Shown here piece after piece: positions 34,129 to 43,727 of a stretch of DNA of 53,137 nucleotides. How positions within the stretch are numbered: the stretch's first letter is position 1; every line of letters begins with the position of its first letter. Source of the stretch: a virus; the IMG/VR virus record IMGVR_UViG_3300006226_000002; one strand, given 5' to 3'. A program made the position numbers and the translations under genes. The notes below the pieces were generated by a model. The model did no database searches, was not told where the DNA came from, and was given only the letters and a program-made list of their open reading frames with translations.

Positions 34129-35035
34129 TGTTGAAATAGAGCGTCTGTCTCCTAATCGAACCAAACCGAGGATTAGCGTTATTTCTAGGAACACGCCTCA
34201 CTGTGTAGCTGGAAATCTCACTGTTGAAACAACTCTTGGACTTCAGAGGGTTATGACATTTGACCCTGTAAACGGTATGTCGATGGGTTATGCGATTGGT
34301 ACCGATGGCCGCGCAGGTCTTGGATGTGAAGAAACAAATCGGACATGGACCACTTCAAGTTTTATTAACGATCATCGTTCTATCACCTACGAGATTGCCA
34401 ATAATGGTCCTGCGCCTGATTGGCGTATGAGTGATGCTGCGATCAATAAATGGCTTGAGATGTCTGTGGAACAAGCGCTATTCTATGGCTTCAAGAAAGT
34501 TAACTGGCGGCCGAAACCAGAAAACATTGGTGTTAAAACAATCACTGCGGCTAATCGTGCTCAGAACGAAGCAGCTGTAGAAGCTTGGATCGCAACATGG
34601 GCGAAAGACGATGAGATGATCATTACGCTTCACTGTTGGTATGCCAACAAAGTGTGTCCTGGACCATACTTCATTCGTCAGCTTCCTTGGCTTGTCAGGG
34701 AGATGAACAAGCGTCTTCAGGATCCGAAACGGGTACCCGAGGCGTTCGTAGGAGAAGGCGCTACTCCCCCATCAACCATACCAAAGGAGCCTACTACATC
34801 AGTAACCCCTACGCCAACACCGACTTTTAAAGAATACCAGATTACAATCACGGCTAGCGCTCTTAATGTTCGCAGCAGTCCTGATAGTACCAAATCAAAC
34901 GTTGTGAGGACACTTATCAATGATAAGAATACCTATACAATCATTGAGGAAGCTGATGGACCGGGCGCGAAGAGGTGGGGCCGGCTTAAGTCTGGCATCG
35001 GTTGGATCAGCCTTGACTTTACAACGAAGAAGTAA
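34097..35035 (+). CDS. N-acetylmuramoyl-L-alanine amidase (PGRP/Amidase_2-like) with a C-terminal SH3b-like domain
   Basis: HC.AG, SYEIAN-type core and HCWYANKVCPGPYF. A Thr/Pro-rich linker precedes ALNVRSSPD..GWISLDF. Confidence 0.65.
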   Translation: MVAKTRRKNPDVEIERLSPNRTKPRISVISRNTPHCVAGNLTVETTLGLQRVMTFDPVNGMSMGYAIGTDGRAGLGCEETNRTWTTSSFINDHRSITYEIANNGPAPDWRMSDAAINKWLEMSVEQALFYGFKKVNWRPKPENIGVKTITAANRAQNEAAVEAWIATWAKDDEMIITLHCWYANKVCPGPYFIRQLPWLVREMNKRLQDPKRVPEAFVGEGATPPSTIPKEPTTSVTPTPTPTFKEYQITITASALNVRSSPDSTKSNVVRTLINDKNTYTIIEEADGPGAKRWGRLKSGIGWISLDFTTKK

Positions 35036-35049
35036 GGAGGCTAGTCAAA

Positions 35050-35436
35050 ATGGGAGTAGTTTCTTTCAAACATGGAGGAGATTTCAAAAATCTTGAGAAG
35101 TTTTTCAAAGGTTACAATACGCAAAAAATGATAAGTATTCTTGAACGATATGGTCAAGAAGGAATTCAGGCTCTTGCGTCAGCTACTCCTGTTGATTCTG
35201 GCCTAACAGCGAGCTCCTGGGGATACCGAACGAGTGTCTCCAGGGGTTCTTTTTTTATTATGTGGACTAATAACAACATGACCAGCAACGGGACCCCGCT
35301 TGTCATTCTTTTACAATATGGACATGGAACGAAAAATGGAGGGTTTGTTCAAGGAAAAGAGTTTATCAATTCGGCAATTCAACCAGTTATGGACAAGATT
35401 GCGAATGCTGTATGGCAGGAGGTTAGATCTCTATGA
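35050..35436 (+). CDS. HK97 gp10-like head-tail/tail-completion protein
   Basis: ATPVDSGLTASSW and LLQYGHGT motifs. Confidence 0.45.
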   Translation: MGVVSFKHGGDFKNLEKFFKGYNTQKMISILERYGQEGIQALASATPVDSGLTASSWGYRTSVSRGSFFIMWTNNNMTSNGTPLVILLQYGHGTKNGGFVQGKEFINSAIQPVMDKIANAVWQEVRSL

Positions 35437-38400
35437 GCAGGACAATCGATGAACGCATTGTTGATATGCAATTCAACAATAAACAGTTTGAAACGGGGAT
35501 ACAAGATAGTCTTAGATCCATAGACAATCTTAAAAAGGGCCTTGGCGACATGGATGGAGCCGGAAAAGCCCTTGATTCTGTTGGAGAATCTGCCAATAAA
35601 CTAGGGTTTAATTTTAGCGCCTTAGAAATAATGGTAGCAACAGTCCTCGCGAAACTTACAAGTGCGGTCATCGATTTCGGGCTTGCTGCTGCTCAATCTC
35701 TTTTTTTAGAGCCGATGATGAAAGGTTTCTCTCAATACGAAGAGAAAATTGGCTCTATGAAAGCCATTATGAATGCGACTCAGATGTCTGCTAAAGAAGT
35801 TGGCGAAGCTCTGGCTGGAGTCATCTTCTACGCGGACGAAACCAGTTTCAGCTTCGATCAAATGTCTACCGCGATTAGACTGTTTACTAGCTCTGGAATT
35901 GAGATAGAAGACGCAGTTAAACAAATACAGGGGTTAGGTTCAGCATCTGCTTTAGCGGGTGTTCCCATGGAGAAAATGGGTTCGGTATTTGATGCGGTTA
36001 GCAAAGCAATCGGTCAAGGTTCTATGAAGATCAGAGAGTGGGATACGCTGCAACTTGCTGGCTTAACCACTTCTATGGAATTTAAGCAGATACTTCTTGA
36101 TACTGCCGTTGAGATGGGTACTTTAACTAAGCAGGGTGAAGGTTATGTAGCGCATTACATCGAACCTATGTCTGGTAAAGTTAAAGAATTAGAAGTATCT
36201 ATTACTGATATGAGAACTGCTTTGAAATCGGGATGGCTAGATAAAGCAGTTTTACAAGAAGCGCTAAATCAATTTGGCGATTATGCCAATGACGTATATT
36301 TGTTGACTGAGAAATTTACTGAAAACTCAGAAGAATTGCTTGCTAAATACGGCAAAACAATGGAGGACGTATTCAAAGAAGTTGGTGCATCTGCTGAAGA
36401 ATCCACAGAGATAACCAGACTTATGACTGAAGAGAATTATTCTTTTGAGAAAGCACTTCTCGAAGTAAAACAAACGAGCCTCATCGCGGCACAAGCTATG
36501 AACATACTCAGTGATGGAACTGATCATTTTGGTGAGAGAGGCATGCGTGCTGCTCAAGAAGCTCGAACTTTAACAGAGACGCTCGAAGCTGTTGGAAACG
36601 CCATTGCTTCGAGATGGAGAGATACTTGGGAGTTACTGATAGGTGACGTTGACGAAGCTACTGAGTTATTTGGCGGCTTAGTCGAAGCATTGTGGGAACT
36701 ATTTGTTGCTTCTGGGGATACTCGAAACGCAATTTTGCAACTTTGGAGAGGTGTGGATGAGGGCGATTTAGATGGTCGAACCATCCTTCTCGAAGGCTTA
36801 ACTAATATAGGTAAAGCGTTTTTACAAGTTATAGAAGCTATCAGTGGTGCATGGGGCGATATATTTCCACCGATTACTGCTCAGCAGCTTTTAGATCTAA
36901 CTGAGAGATTTAGAGATTTCACAGAACGACTCATTATGAGTGATGAAACCGCAGACAAGGTAAAAAGAACGTTAACAGGCTTATTTGCTGCTCTAGATCT
37001 TGTTGGAATGGCTATCAAAGCCGTTTTCCAAGTCGCAGGTATGCTAATCGGAGCGTTACTACCTGTTGGTGACGGTGTTCTAGGCGTCACGGCTGGTCTT
37101 GGTGATTTTATTGTGGCTCTTCGTAATGCCGCGATAGATGGCGATATTTTCGGTAAAGGCGTCGAAATAATAGGCACTGTGCTCGATAAAGTAAGAAGTG
37201 TAATAAGTGTAGCTGCTGATGGCGTTAAAGCCGGGATCACCAGACTTAGAGACTACTTTGGACAATTCGGCGGTATTGATCTAGGTCCACTTAAAATATT
37301 TAGTAGTGATGTGGAGGTAGCCTTTACCCCTTTTACATTCATTGCTAACGTGTTTAAGAAGGCCTTTGAGGTAATAGTTGCAGTCTTTCAGTGGGCAGCG
37401 CCCATTGTAGGTCCAATAGCACAAAAGATTGGCCAGGCATTTACATCGTTTGGTAAAGCGATAGGAGATGCTATTAAGAGCGGAGACTTCAAAAGTCTAA
37501 TTGATTTGGTGAACACGGGATTACTTGGTGGGGTACTCCTTGGACTTAAAAAGTTCATAGATTCTTTATCCGATGTAACGTCCGGTGCTTCTGGGATACT
37601 ATCTGGAATAACAGGAATACTCGATGGTGTGCGGGGATCTCTGGAGGCTTATCAATCAAAACTTAAAGCACAAACTCTACTTACAATAGCAGCCGCAATC
37701 GGAATTCTTGCTGCGGCTTTACTTGTTCTATCGACGATTGACGCGGGTGATATGGCAGCAGCCCTAGCTGCAATTACAGTCCTGTTTGTTGAACTTGCCG
37801 CAACGATGCTCGTTCTAAGTAAATACATGGGAAGCATCAAAATGGGAGGAATTGCTCTTCAGATGGTCGCAATTTCAGCGGCCATATTAATTCTCTCATC
37901 CGCGATGAAGAATGTCGCAGATCTCTCCTGGGAAGAAGTTCTCAAAGGAGCAGCTGGTATCGCTGCTCTATCAGCAATTTTAGTCAAGTCAGCCAACGCC
38001 CTTTCAAAAAGCTCCGGTAAATTAATAAGTGGTGGACTTGGTCTAATAGCATTCGCGGCAGCCATATTAGTACTTACTTCTGCCGTAGAAAAGCTAGGGC
38101 AACTCGACATAGCTACTTTAACTAAAGGGTTAATTGCTGTTGGAATATTGATGGCTGAAATTGCAGTCTTCTCGCAAATCGTCAAGCCAGATAAACTGAT
38201 GAGCACAGGAATAGCCATGATTGCGGTTGGAGCCGCTCTTGCTATTATGGCTAATGCTATAAAAACTCTTGGCGAGCTAAGCATCGAAGAGCTTATTAAG
38301 GGTCTAACAGGTATTGGTGTGATACTGGCTTCATTTGCAGGGTTTACTCAAATTGTCAAGCCCGAGAAGCTAGTTAGTACAGGAATAGCCATGATTGCCA

Positions 38401-41400
38401 TAGGTACAGCTCTTAACATTATGGCCAATGCCGTTTCTACTTTTGGTGGCATGAGTCTCGAGGAGCTTGCTAAAGGCCTCATAGCAATGGGCGTAGCTCT
38501 TGCCTCCATAGCAGGGTTTACTCAAATCATTAGTACAGAAAAGATACTTACTACAAGCATTGCTATGATAGGTTTTGGAGCAGCTCTTCTCATTATAGCT
38601 CAGGCTGTAAAAAGCTTTGGAAGCATGTCCTGGGAAGAAATCGCTAAAGGTCTGGTTGCTCTTGCTGGTTCTCTTATCATTATGGCCGTGGCAATGAATG
38701 CTATGACCGGAGGATTGGCTGGTGCTGCGGCAATGCTTGTAATGTCCGCAGCCATTTTAGTCCTAGCGCCAGCGTTAATGATGCTCGGCTCTATGAATCT
38801 AGCAGAAATAGGATTAGCTTTATTGGCTCTGGTTGGTGTGTTTGCGGTTGTCGGAGTTGCAGGTTTGGTTCTAGCACCACTAACTCCTGTGATACTAGGA
38901 TTGGCCGCAGCGATAGCACTGCTTGGCGTTGGTGTCTTTGCAATAGGTGCCGGATTACTTGCATTCTCAGCAGGATTAACCGCCCTAGCAGTAGCCGGAA
39001 CAGCCGGAGCCGCAGCTTTAGTCATTGCCGTAACATCCATTATTAGTTTAATACCCATGGCTGTTGGCGCACTTGGTGAAGGATTATTGATGTTCATTCA
39101 AGTGATAGCCGATGGCACACCAATAATCATGCAAGCTTTGACTCAAATCATCATGGGTATGATTCAGGTTCTTGTCAGCTTAGCCCCTCAACTCGTCGAT
39201 GCGATATTTGTCTTTCTTAACAAGATGCTAGATACAGCTCTGTCCAACGTTCCTAAGATGGTAGATGCAGGATTAAAGTTGTTGACTGGTATATTGGATG
39301 GAATACGTAAAAACATTGGCGATATTGTTGCCACAACATTATTAATCATTGCTGAGTTCTTAAAAGGATTGGCAGCTGGTATCCCAAGTGTTGTTTCGGC
39401 CGGTGTCGATATAATCGTGGCTTTCATCGGAGCAATCTCTAAAGAGAGAGTTAGGCTTATTGATGAAGGATTCAAGATGATAATCGATTTCGTCAATGGT
39501 CTTGCGGATGCAATACGCAATAATACGCCAACGCTTGTAACGGCCTTTGCAAATCTCGCAAGCGCGATGATTGAAGGTCTTGTTGGTGGGTTATTTGCAG
39601 GCATCAAAGGGGCTGTTGACGCTGTAAAGAATCTTGGTGGCGCCATAATCGATGGCTTCAAAGGCGTCCTTGGCATCGCATCGCCATCGAAAGTGTTTGA
39701 GGAATTCGGTGAAAATACCCCAGAGGGTTATATTGTTGGAATAAACAATAAAACCCCTGCTATGGTAGCCGCAGTAACAACAATGGCTTTGATAGCCGTT
39801 AAAGCTACAGAGGAAGCTTTCGGGATAAACGGCAAGAAATCAACAGTGTTTGAGGAATTTGGCGTAACTAATGCTGAGAGCTTCATTAGCGGTCTAACCG
39901 GTATGGGTAACGCAATAAAGGAATCATTTAAGACGGCGTTCGCTGGTGAGGAAAATGAAGAAGTTTTAAAGAGCATGACCGGCCTTATCGATGAAGCGCT
40001 GAAAACGATTGAACAGAGGTTGGAGTCTTATACAGATCTTGCAACTGATCGGTTTAATAAGATATCTACAGAATCTGAAGTCAGCGTTAAAGAGATGATA
40101 GAAAATCTCAAGCACAATCAAAAGGCTATAGCTGAATGGGCAGAAAACATTGCCCTTCTTGCCAGTCGTGGGTTGAACGAAGGCCTTCTTGAAGAACTGC
40201 GTCAAGCTGGTCCTAAGTCTGCCGGAGAAGTAAAGGCTCTTGTGGCGGCTTCGGATAAGGAAATACAAGAGCTTAATACAGTTATGGCAAAAGGCGGCGA
40301 AGTTGCCACTCAAGCATTGGCTGTCTCCGTAGGCTCAGGAGCCCCCCTTCTGGTGGAAGAGGGTAAGAGCCTCGTTGACTCTATTGCTGAAGGGCTTACA
40401 AGCACCTCCAGTGTAAACGACGCAATGGCGATGATGATTGACCATGCTAAGCGCGTTGGATTGCAAGAATTCAATTCTCCAGTGTTCCAAGAAATGGGGA
40501 AAGAAGTACCAGAAAAGGTCGCAAAAGGGATATCCTCTGGCTCTGGTAGCGTCAAATCAGCAATTACTCAAGTGGGTAAGGATGCTGAACCAGCAGCTAA
40601 GGACGCCGGTACTGGTATTGCTAAAGAAATGGAGAGCGGTCTTCAATCTAATTCGGATGCATTCAAACAGACCGGAGATAAATATGGTACTGACTTTGCT
40701 AATGCGGTAAGTAACACTCAGACAGCAGCTAAAACAGCAGGTACTACGGTTACTAATGCAGCAGAACAAGGTCTTAAGTCCAACCAAGCAGTCTACGGTC
40801 AAACAGGCACCAAGTATGGTCAGGATTTCTCCAATGCGCTGTCTAATACCCAAACGATGGCAAGGACAGCCGGCACAACAGTCACTAACGCTGCTGAACA
40901 AGGTCTTAAGTCTAATCAAGCAGTCTACGGTCAAACAGGCACTAAGTATGGTCAAGATTTTGCTAATGCGCTTAGTAATACCCAGACTAAAGCCAAAGAG
41001 GCTGGTATTGCCGTTGCCAAAGCTGCTGAAGCTGGAATCAAGTCGCTGTTAGAGCCTGTTAATGAGTTCGAGAAGCTTGGTGTCGCTGTTGCCGAAGGAT
41101 TCATCAAAGGTATGGAGAGCATGCTTGCAGAGGTTATCAAAGCAGCCAAGAAGCTTGCTAGGTCGGCTAAGGATGCTATAGAGGATGAACTCGACATTAA
41201 TTCTCCTTCTAGAGTTCTCTACGCCGATGGCGTCTATGGTGGATTAGGTTTTGTAAATGGCTTGGCTAGCATGATTGACGATGCGGCCAACATTGGTCGG
41301 AAGATTGGATCCGTCGCTATTGATAGTATCAAAGATGCAATCTCTAAGATTGACGACGTGATCAACTCCGACATCGATCTCGTCCCGACAATCACCCCCG

Positions 41401-41681
41401 TGCTCGATCTAACCAACATTCAAAATGGGAGTGCATCAATCAGCCGCATGCTCTCTGGGGTGCAAGTCGCAACGCCAACCATTAACAACGTTCGTCAAAT
41501 CGCCAGCCAGATGGCTCGGAATGAAGTTACGAACACTCCTGGCGCCAAACAAACAACGGGAGAGACTAAGTTTGAATTCAACCAATACAATAACTCTCCT
41601 AAACCACTCAATCGTCTGGAGATTTACAGGCAGACAAAGAATCAATTTGCTCAATTGAAAGGACTGGTGGAAGGAGTATGA
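35433..41681 (+). CDS. Tape measure protein (2082 aa)
   Basis: Giant helical/hydrophobic ORF with internal repeats, located before Dit. Confidence 0.85.
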   Translation: MSRTIDERIVDMQFNNKQFETGIQDSLRSIDNLKKGLGDMDGAGKALDSVGESANKLGFNFSALEIMVATVLAKLTSAVIDFGLAAAQSLFLEPMMKGFSQYEEKIGSMKAIMNATQMSAKEVGEALAGVIFYADETSFSFDQMSTAIRLFTSSGIEIEDAVKQIQGLGSASALAGVPMEKMGSVFDAVSKAIGQGSMKIREWDTLQLAGLTTSMEFKQILLDTAVEMGTLTKQGEGYVAHYIEPMSGKVKELEVSITDMRTALKSGWLDKAVLQEALNQFGDYANDVYLLTEKFTENSEELLAKYGKTMEDVFKEVGASAEESTEITRLMTEENYSFEKALLEVKQTSLIAAQAMNILSDGTDHFGERGMRAAQEARTLTETLEAVGNAIASRWRDTWELLIGDVDEATELFGGLVEALWELFVASGDTRNAILQLWRGVDEGDLDGRTILLEGLTNIGKAFLQVIEAISGAWGDIFPPITAQQLLDLTERFRDFTERLIMSDETADKVKRTLTGLFAALDLVGMAIKAVFQVAGMLIGALLPVGDGVLGVTAGLGDFIVALRNAAIDGDIFGKGVEIIGTVLDKVRSVISVAADGVKAGITRLRDYFGQFGGIDLGPLKIFSSDVEVAFTPFTFIANVFKKAFEVIVAVFQWAAPIVGPIAQKIGQAFTSFGKAIGDAIKSGDFKSLIDLVNTGLLGGVLLGLKKFIDSLSDVTSGASGILSGITGILDGVRGSLEAYQSKLKAQTLLTIAAAIGILAAALLVLSTIDAGDMAAALAAITVLFVELAATMLVLSKYMGSIKMGGIALQMVAISAAILILSSAMKNVADLSWEEVLKGAAGIAALSAILVKSANALSKSSGKLISGGLGLIAFAAAILVLTSAVEKLGQLDIATLTKGLIAVGILMAEIAVFSQIVKPDKLMSTGIAMIAVGAALAIMANAIKTLGELSIEELIKGLTGIGVILASFAGFTQIVKPEKLVSTGIAMIAIGTALNIMANAVSTFGGMSLEELAKGLIAMGVALASIAGFTQIISTEKILTTSIAMIGFGAALLIIAQAVKSFGSMSWEEIAKGLVALAGSLIIMAVAMNAMTGGLAGAAAMLVMSAAILVLAPALMMLGSMNLAEIGLALLALVGVFAVVGVAGLVLAPLTPVILGLAAAIALLGVGVFAIGAGLLAFSAGLTALAVAGTAGAAALVIAVTSIISLIPMAVGALGEGLLMFIQVIADGTPIIMQALTQIIMGMIQVLVSLAPQLVDAIFVFLNKMLDTALSNVPKMVDAGLKLLTGILDGIRKNIGDIVATTLLIIAEFLKGLAAGIPSVVSAGVDIIVAFIGAISKERVRLIDEGFKMIIDFVNGLADAIRNNTPTLVTAFANLASAMIEGLVGGLFAGIKGAVDAVKNLGGAIIDGFKGVLGIASPSKVFEEFGENTPEGYIVGINNKTPAMVAAVTTMALIAVKATEEAFGINGKKSTVFEEFGVTNAESFISGLTGMGNAIKESFKTAFAGEENEEVLKSMTGLIDEALKTIEQRLESYTDLATDRFNKISTESEVSVKEMIENLKHNQKAIAEWAENIALLASRGLNEGLLEELRQAGPKSAGEVKALVAASDKEIQELNTVMAKGGEVATQALAVSVGSGAPLLVEEGKSLVDSIAEGLTSTSSVNDAMAMMIDHAKRVGLQEFNSPVFQEMGKEVPEKVAKGISSGSGSVKSAITQVGKDAEPAAKDAGTGIAKEMESGLQSNSDAFKQTGDKYGTDFANAVSNTQTAAKTAGTTVTNAAEQGLKSNQAVYGQTGTKYGQDFSNALSNTQTMARTAGTTVTNAAEQGLKSNQAVYGQTGTKYGQDFANALSNTQTKAKEAGIAVAKAAEAGIKSLLEPVNEFEKLGVAVAEGFIKGMESMLAEVIKAAKKLARSAKDAIEDELDINSPSRVLYADGVYGGLGFVNGLASMIDDAANIGRKIGSVAIDSIKDAISKIDDVINSDIDLVPTITPVLDLTNIQNGSASISRMLSGVQVATPTINNVRQIASQMARNEVTNTPGAKQTTGETKFEFNQYNNSPKPLNRLEIYRQTKNQFAQLKGLVEGV
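37923..38700 (+). repeat. In-frame hydrophobic repeats of about 174 nt (58 aa) within the tape measure
   Basis: Units start at 37923, 38103, 38277, 38451 and 38625 (L/M-S-x-E-E-[LIV]-x-K-G...). Confidence 0.7.
40638..41033 (+). repeat. Three tandem 132-nt (44-aa) repeats within the tape measure
   Basis: Units start at 40638, 40770 and 40902 (GLKSNQAVYGQTGTKYGQDF.NALSNTQT...AAEQ). Confidence 0.85.
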
Positions 41682-42598
41682 TTCATAATGTAAGAGTTAG
41701 AAACTATCTTGGCGAAGAGATGGTCATGGAGCTGAGGAATCCGGAGAAATCTGGGTTCCTCGTCTTCAATATGACCGGTATTGGTCCAGAAAAGGCTGAG
41801 CTAAGAATGACCGATATCGTCACGGCTGATGGTGGAATCTACAACTCCTCTCGCCTTCCATCAAGAAACATTGTTATGAGTGTAAGATTCTTCTCATGGG
41901 AAGATAAGACCGTTGAAGAAATTCGACATGAATCATATAAGTATTTCCCAATAAAGAAGCCATTAACACTCTTTATTGAAACAGATAATCGAATCGGTGA
42001 GATAGTAGGTTATGTTGAAGCAAACGAACCAGTAATCTTTTCGAGGGAAACTCACACTCAACTTTCCATCGTTTGTCCCTTTCCTTACTTCTACGACGGA
42101 AGCGCTGATGGTAATAATATTACTGCGTTCTCTGGAGTAGAGCCTTTATTCGAATTCCCCTTCTCGAACGAAAGCCTTACAGAGCCTCTTCTAATTATGG
42201 GCAGTATTCAGGTTCATGCAGAAGGAGTAGTCGTATACTCTGGTGATTCTGAAGTTGGAGTAGTGATAACCATAGAAGCTCTTGGGCCAGCCAGAAACAT
42301 TACACTGAATAAAGTTGATACAAGAGAGCGAATGTTTATCAATACTACAAAACTACAGCAAATGACTGGCTCAGGTATTGTAGCAGCCGATAGCATCATC
42401 ATAACGACAATCAAAGGTCGAAAATCAATATTTCTACTTCGACAAGGAAGACTTACAAATATTCTCAATACTCTCGATAAGGGCGCCGATTGGTTTCAAC
42501 TCGCTAAGGGTGATAATTTGTTTGCCTTCGAAGCAGAAGAGGGAATTGAGAATTTAGTATTTCGTATTGAGAATCGAACACTTTTCGAGGGGGTGTAG
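41678..42598 (+). CDS. Distal tail protein (Dit)
   Basis: ATGA overlap with the tape measure gene. Size and position fit. Confidence 0.6.
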   Translation: MIHNVRVRNYLGEEMVMELRNPEKSGFLVFNMTGIGPEKAELRMTDIVTADGGIYNSSRLPSRNIVMSVRFFSWEDKTVEEIRHESYKYFPIKKPLTLFIETDNRIGEIVGYVEANEPVIFSRETHTQLSIVCPFPYFYDGSADGNNITAFSGVEPLFEFPFSNESLTEPLLIMGSIQVHAEGVVVYSGDSEVGVVITIEALGPARNITLNKVDTRERMFINTTKLQQMTGSGIVAADSIIITTIKGRKSIFLLRQGRLTNILNTLDKGADWFQLAKGDNLFAFEAEEGIENLVFRIENRTLFEGV

Positions 42599-42643
42599 AT
42601 TATAGATATTTACATTCTAGATCAAAGCTTCAAAACAGTTGGA

Positions 42644-43660
42644 TTGATTGATTCGTTTGAATCTTTTATTTGGACAGACCGATATAACGCCTTTGGAGAC
42701 TTTGAAATCTACACTTTGGTTAACAGTGATATTTTAAGGGATGCTCAGCAAGACTATTATATTTGGACGACGCAATCTGATCGAACAATGATCATTGACG
42801 AACGCATAATTAATTCAGATATAGAAAGCGGTGGACATCTAACCATTCGTGGCAGGTCACTAGAGTCCGTTCTTGATCGACGTATCATTTGGGTTCAAAC
42901 TATTTTACGTGGAAATTTTCAAAACGCAATCCAACGACTTTTAAACGAAAACATTATCAATCCTACTATCTCATCCAGAAGAATAGCAAACTTCATTTTT
43001 CAGCCATCCACCGATCCACGCATTACAAGTCTAACTATTGAAACGCAGTTCACTGGTACAAACTTATATGAAGCAATAAAAGAATTATGCCAGGATAGAA
43101 ACCTAGGGTTCAAAATTGTTCTCAACGCAAATAATCAATTTGTTTTCAGTCTTTATATGGGAATAGATCGGTCATATTCTCAAGATGTAAACCCTTATGT
43201 GGTCTTTTCTCCTGGCTACGACAACATTATCAACAGCAACTACTTAGAAACCAACAGAATACTGAAAACAGCAGCTCTTATTGCCGGAGAAGGAGAAGGA
43301 GTTGATCGTAGAACAACCTCTATTGGGGGTGGTTCAGACTTGGCAAGGCGTGAATTATATGTGGATGCTCGCGATATTTCATCCAGAACCGAGGATGGAG
43401 AGCTTACGAACACGCAGTATATTGCCAACCTTGTGTCAAGAGGCGAACAGCGTATGGCCGAGTATGTATTTGTCAAGACGTTTGAGGGTAATGTTGAAAC
43501 GACTCAGATGTTTATTTACGGCACAGACTTCTTCATAGGAGATGTTGTACAAATCGTAAATGAATTTGGTCTAGAAGCAAGTACCAGGATTGTTGAGATT
43601 ATATTCTCAAATAATAATGCAGGCAATGATGTTATACCAACTTTCAGCATTATTACTTAA
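42644..43660 (+). CDS. Sipho_Gp37-like tail hub/Tal N-terminal-domain protein (true start probably about 42599-42602)
   Basis: SFESFIWTDRYNAFGDFEIYT motif. The family-typical IYILD N-terminus is encoded in frame upstream of the first canonical start. Confidence 0.55.
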   Translation: MIDSFESFIWTDRYNAFGDFEIYTLVNSDILRDAQQDYYIWTTQSDRTMIIDERIINSDIESGGHLTIRGRSLESVLDRRIIWVQTILRGNFQNAIQRLLNENIINPTISSRRIANFIFQPSTDPRITSLTIETQFTGTNLYEAIKELCQDRNLGFKIVLNANNQFVFSLYMGIDRSYSQDVNPYVVFSPGYDNIINSNYLETNRILKTAALIAGEGEGVDRRTTSIGGGSDLARRELYVDARDISSRTEDGELTNTQYIANLVSRGEQRMAEYVFVKTFEGNVETTQMFIYGTDFFIGDVVQIVNEFGLEASTRIVEIIFSNNNAGNDVIPTFSIIT

Positions 43661-43727
43661 AACGATATCCCCAAAATACCCCAGGGGAAAAATTCTGAAA
43701 AACAATTCAGAAAGGAGAGATGTCTAG

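Noticed and set aside
35423-41654. Many 60-165-aa ORFs on the minus strand, and in alternative + frames, inside the tape measure gene.
   Set aside because: They lie wholly within a 6.2-kb continuous ORF and translate to low-complexity Ala/Pro/Ser/Ile strings mirroring the repetitive sense strand. They have no RBSs. I treat them as frame artefacts.
43693-43712. 7-bp hairpin TTCTGAA-AAACAA-TTCAGAA touching the RBS of the 43728 fibre gene.
   Set aside because: It is AT-rich and weak, overlaps the Shine-Dalgarno sequence by only 2 nt, and could arise by chance. Noted but not promoted to a finding.
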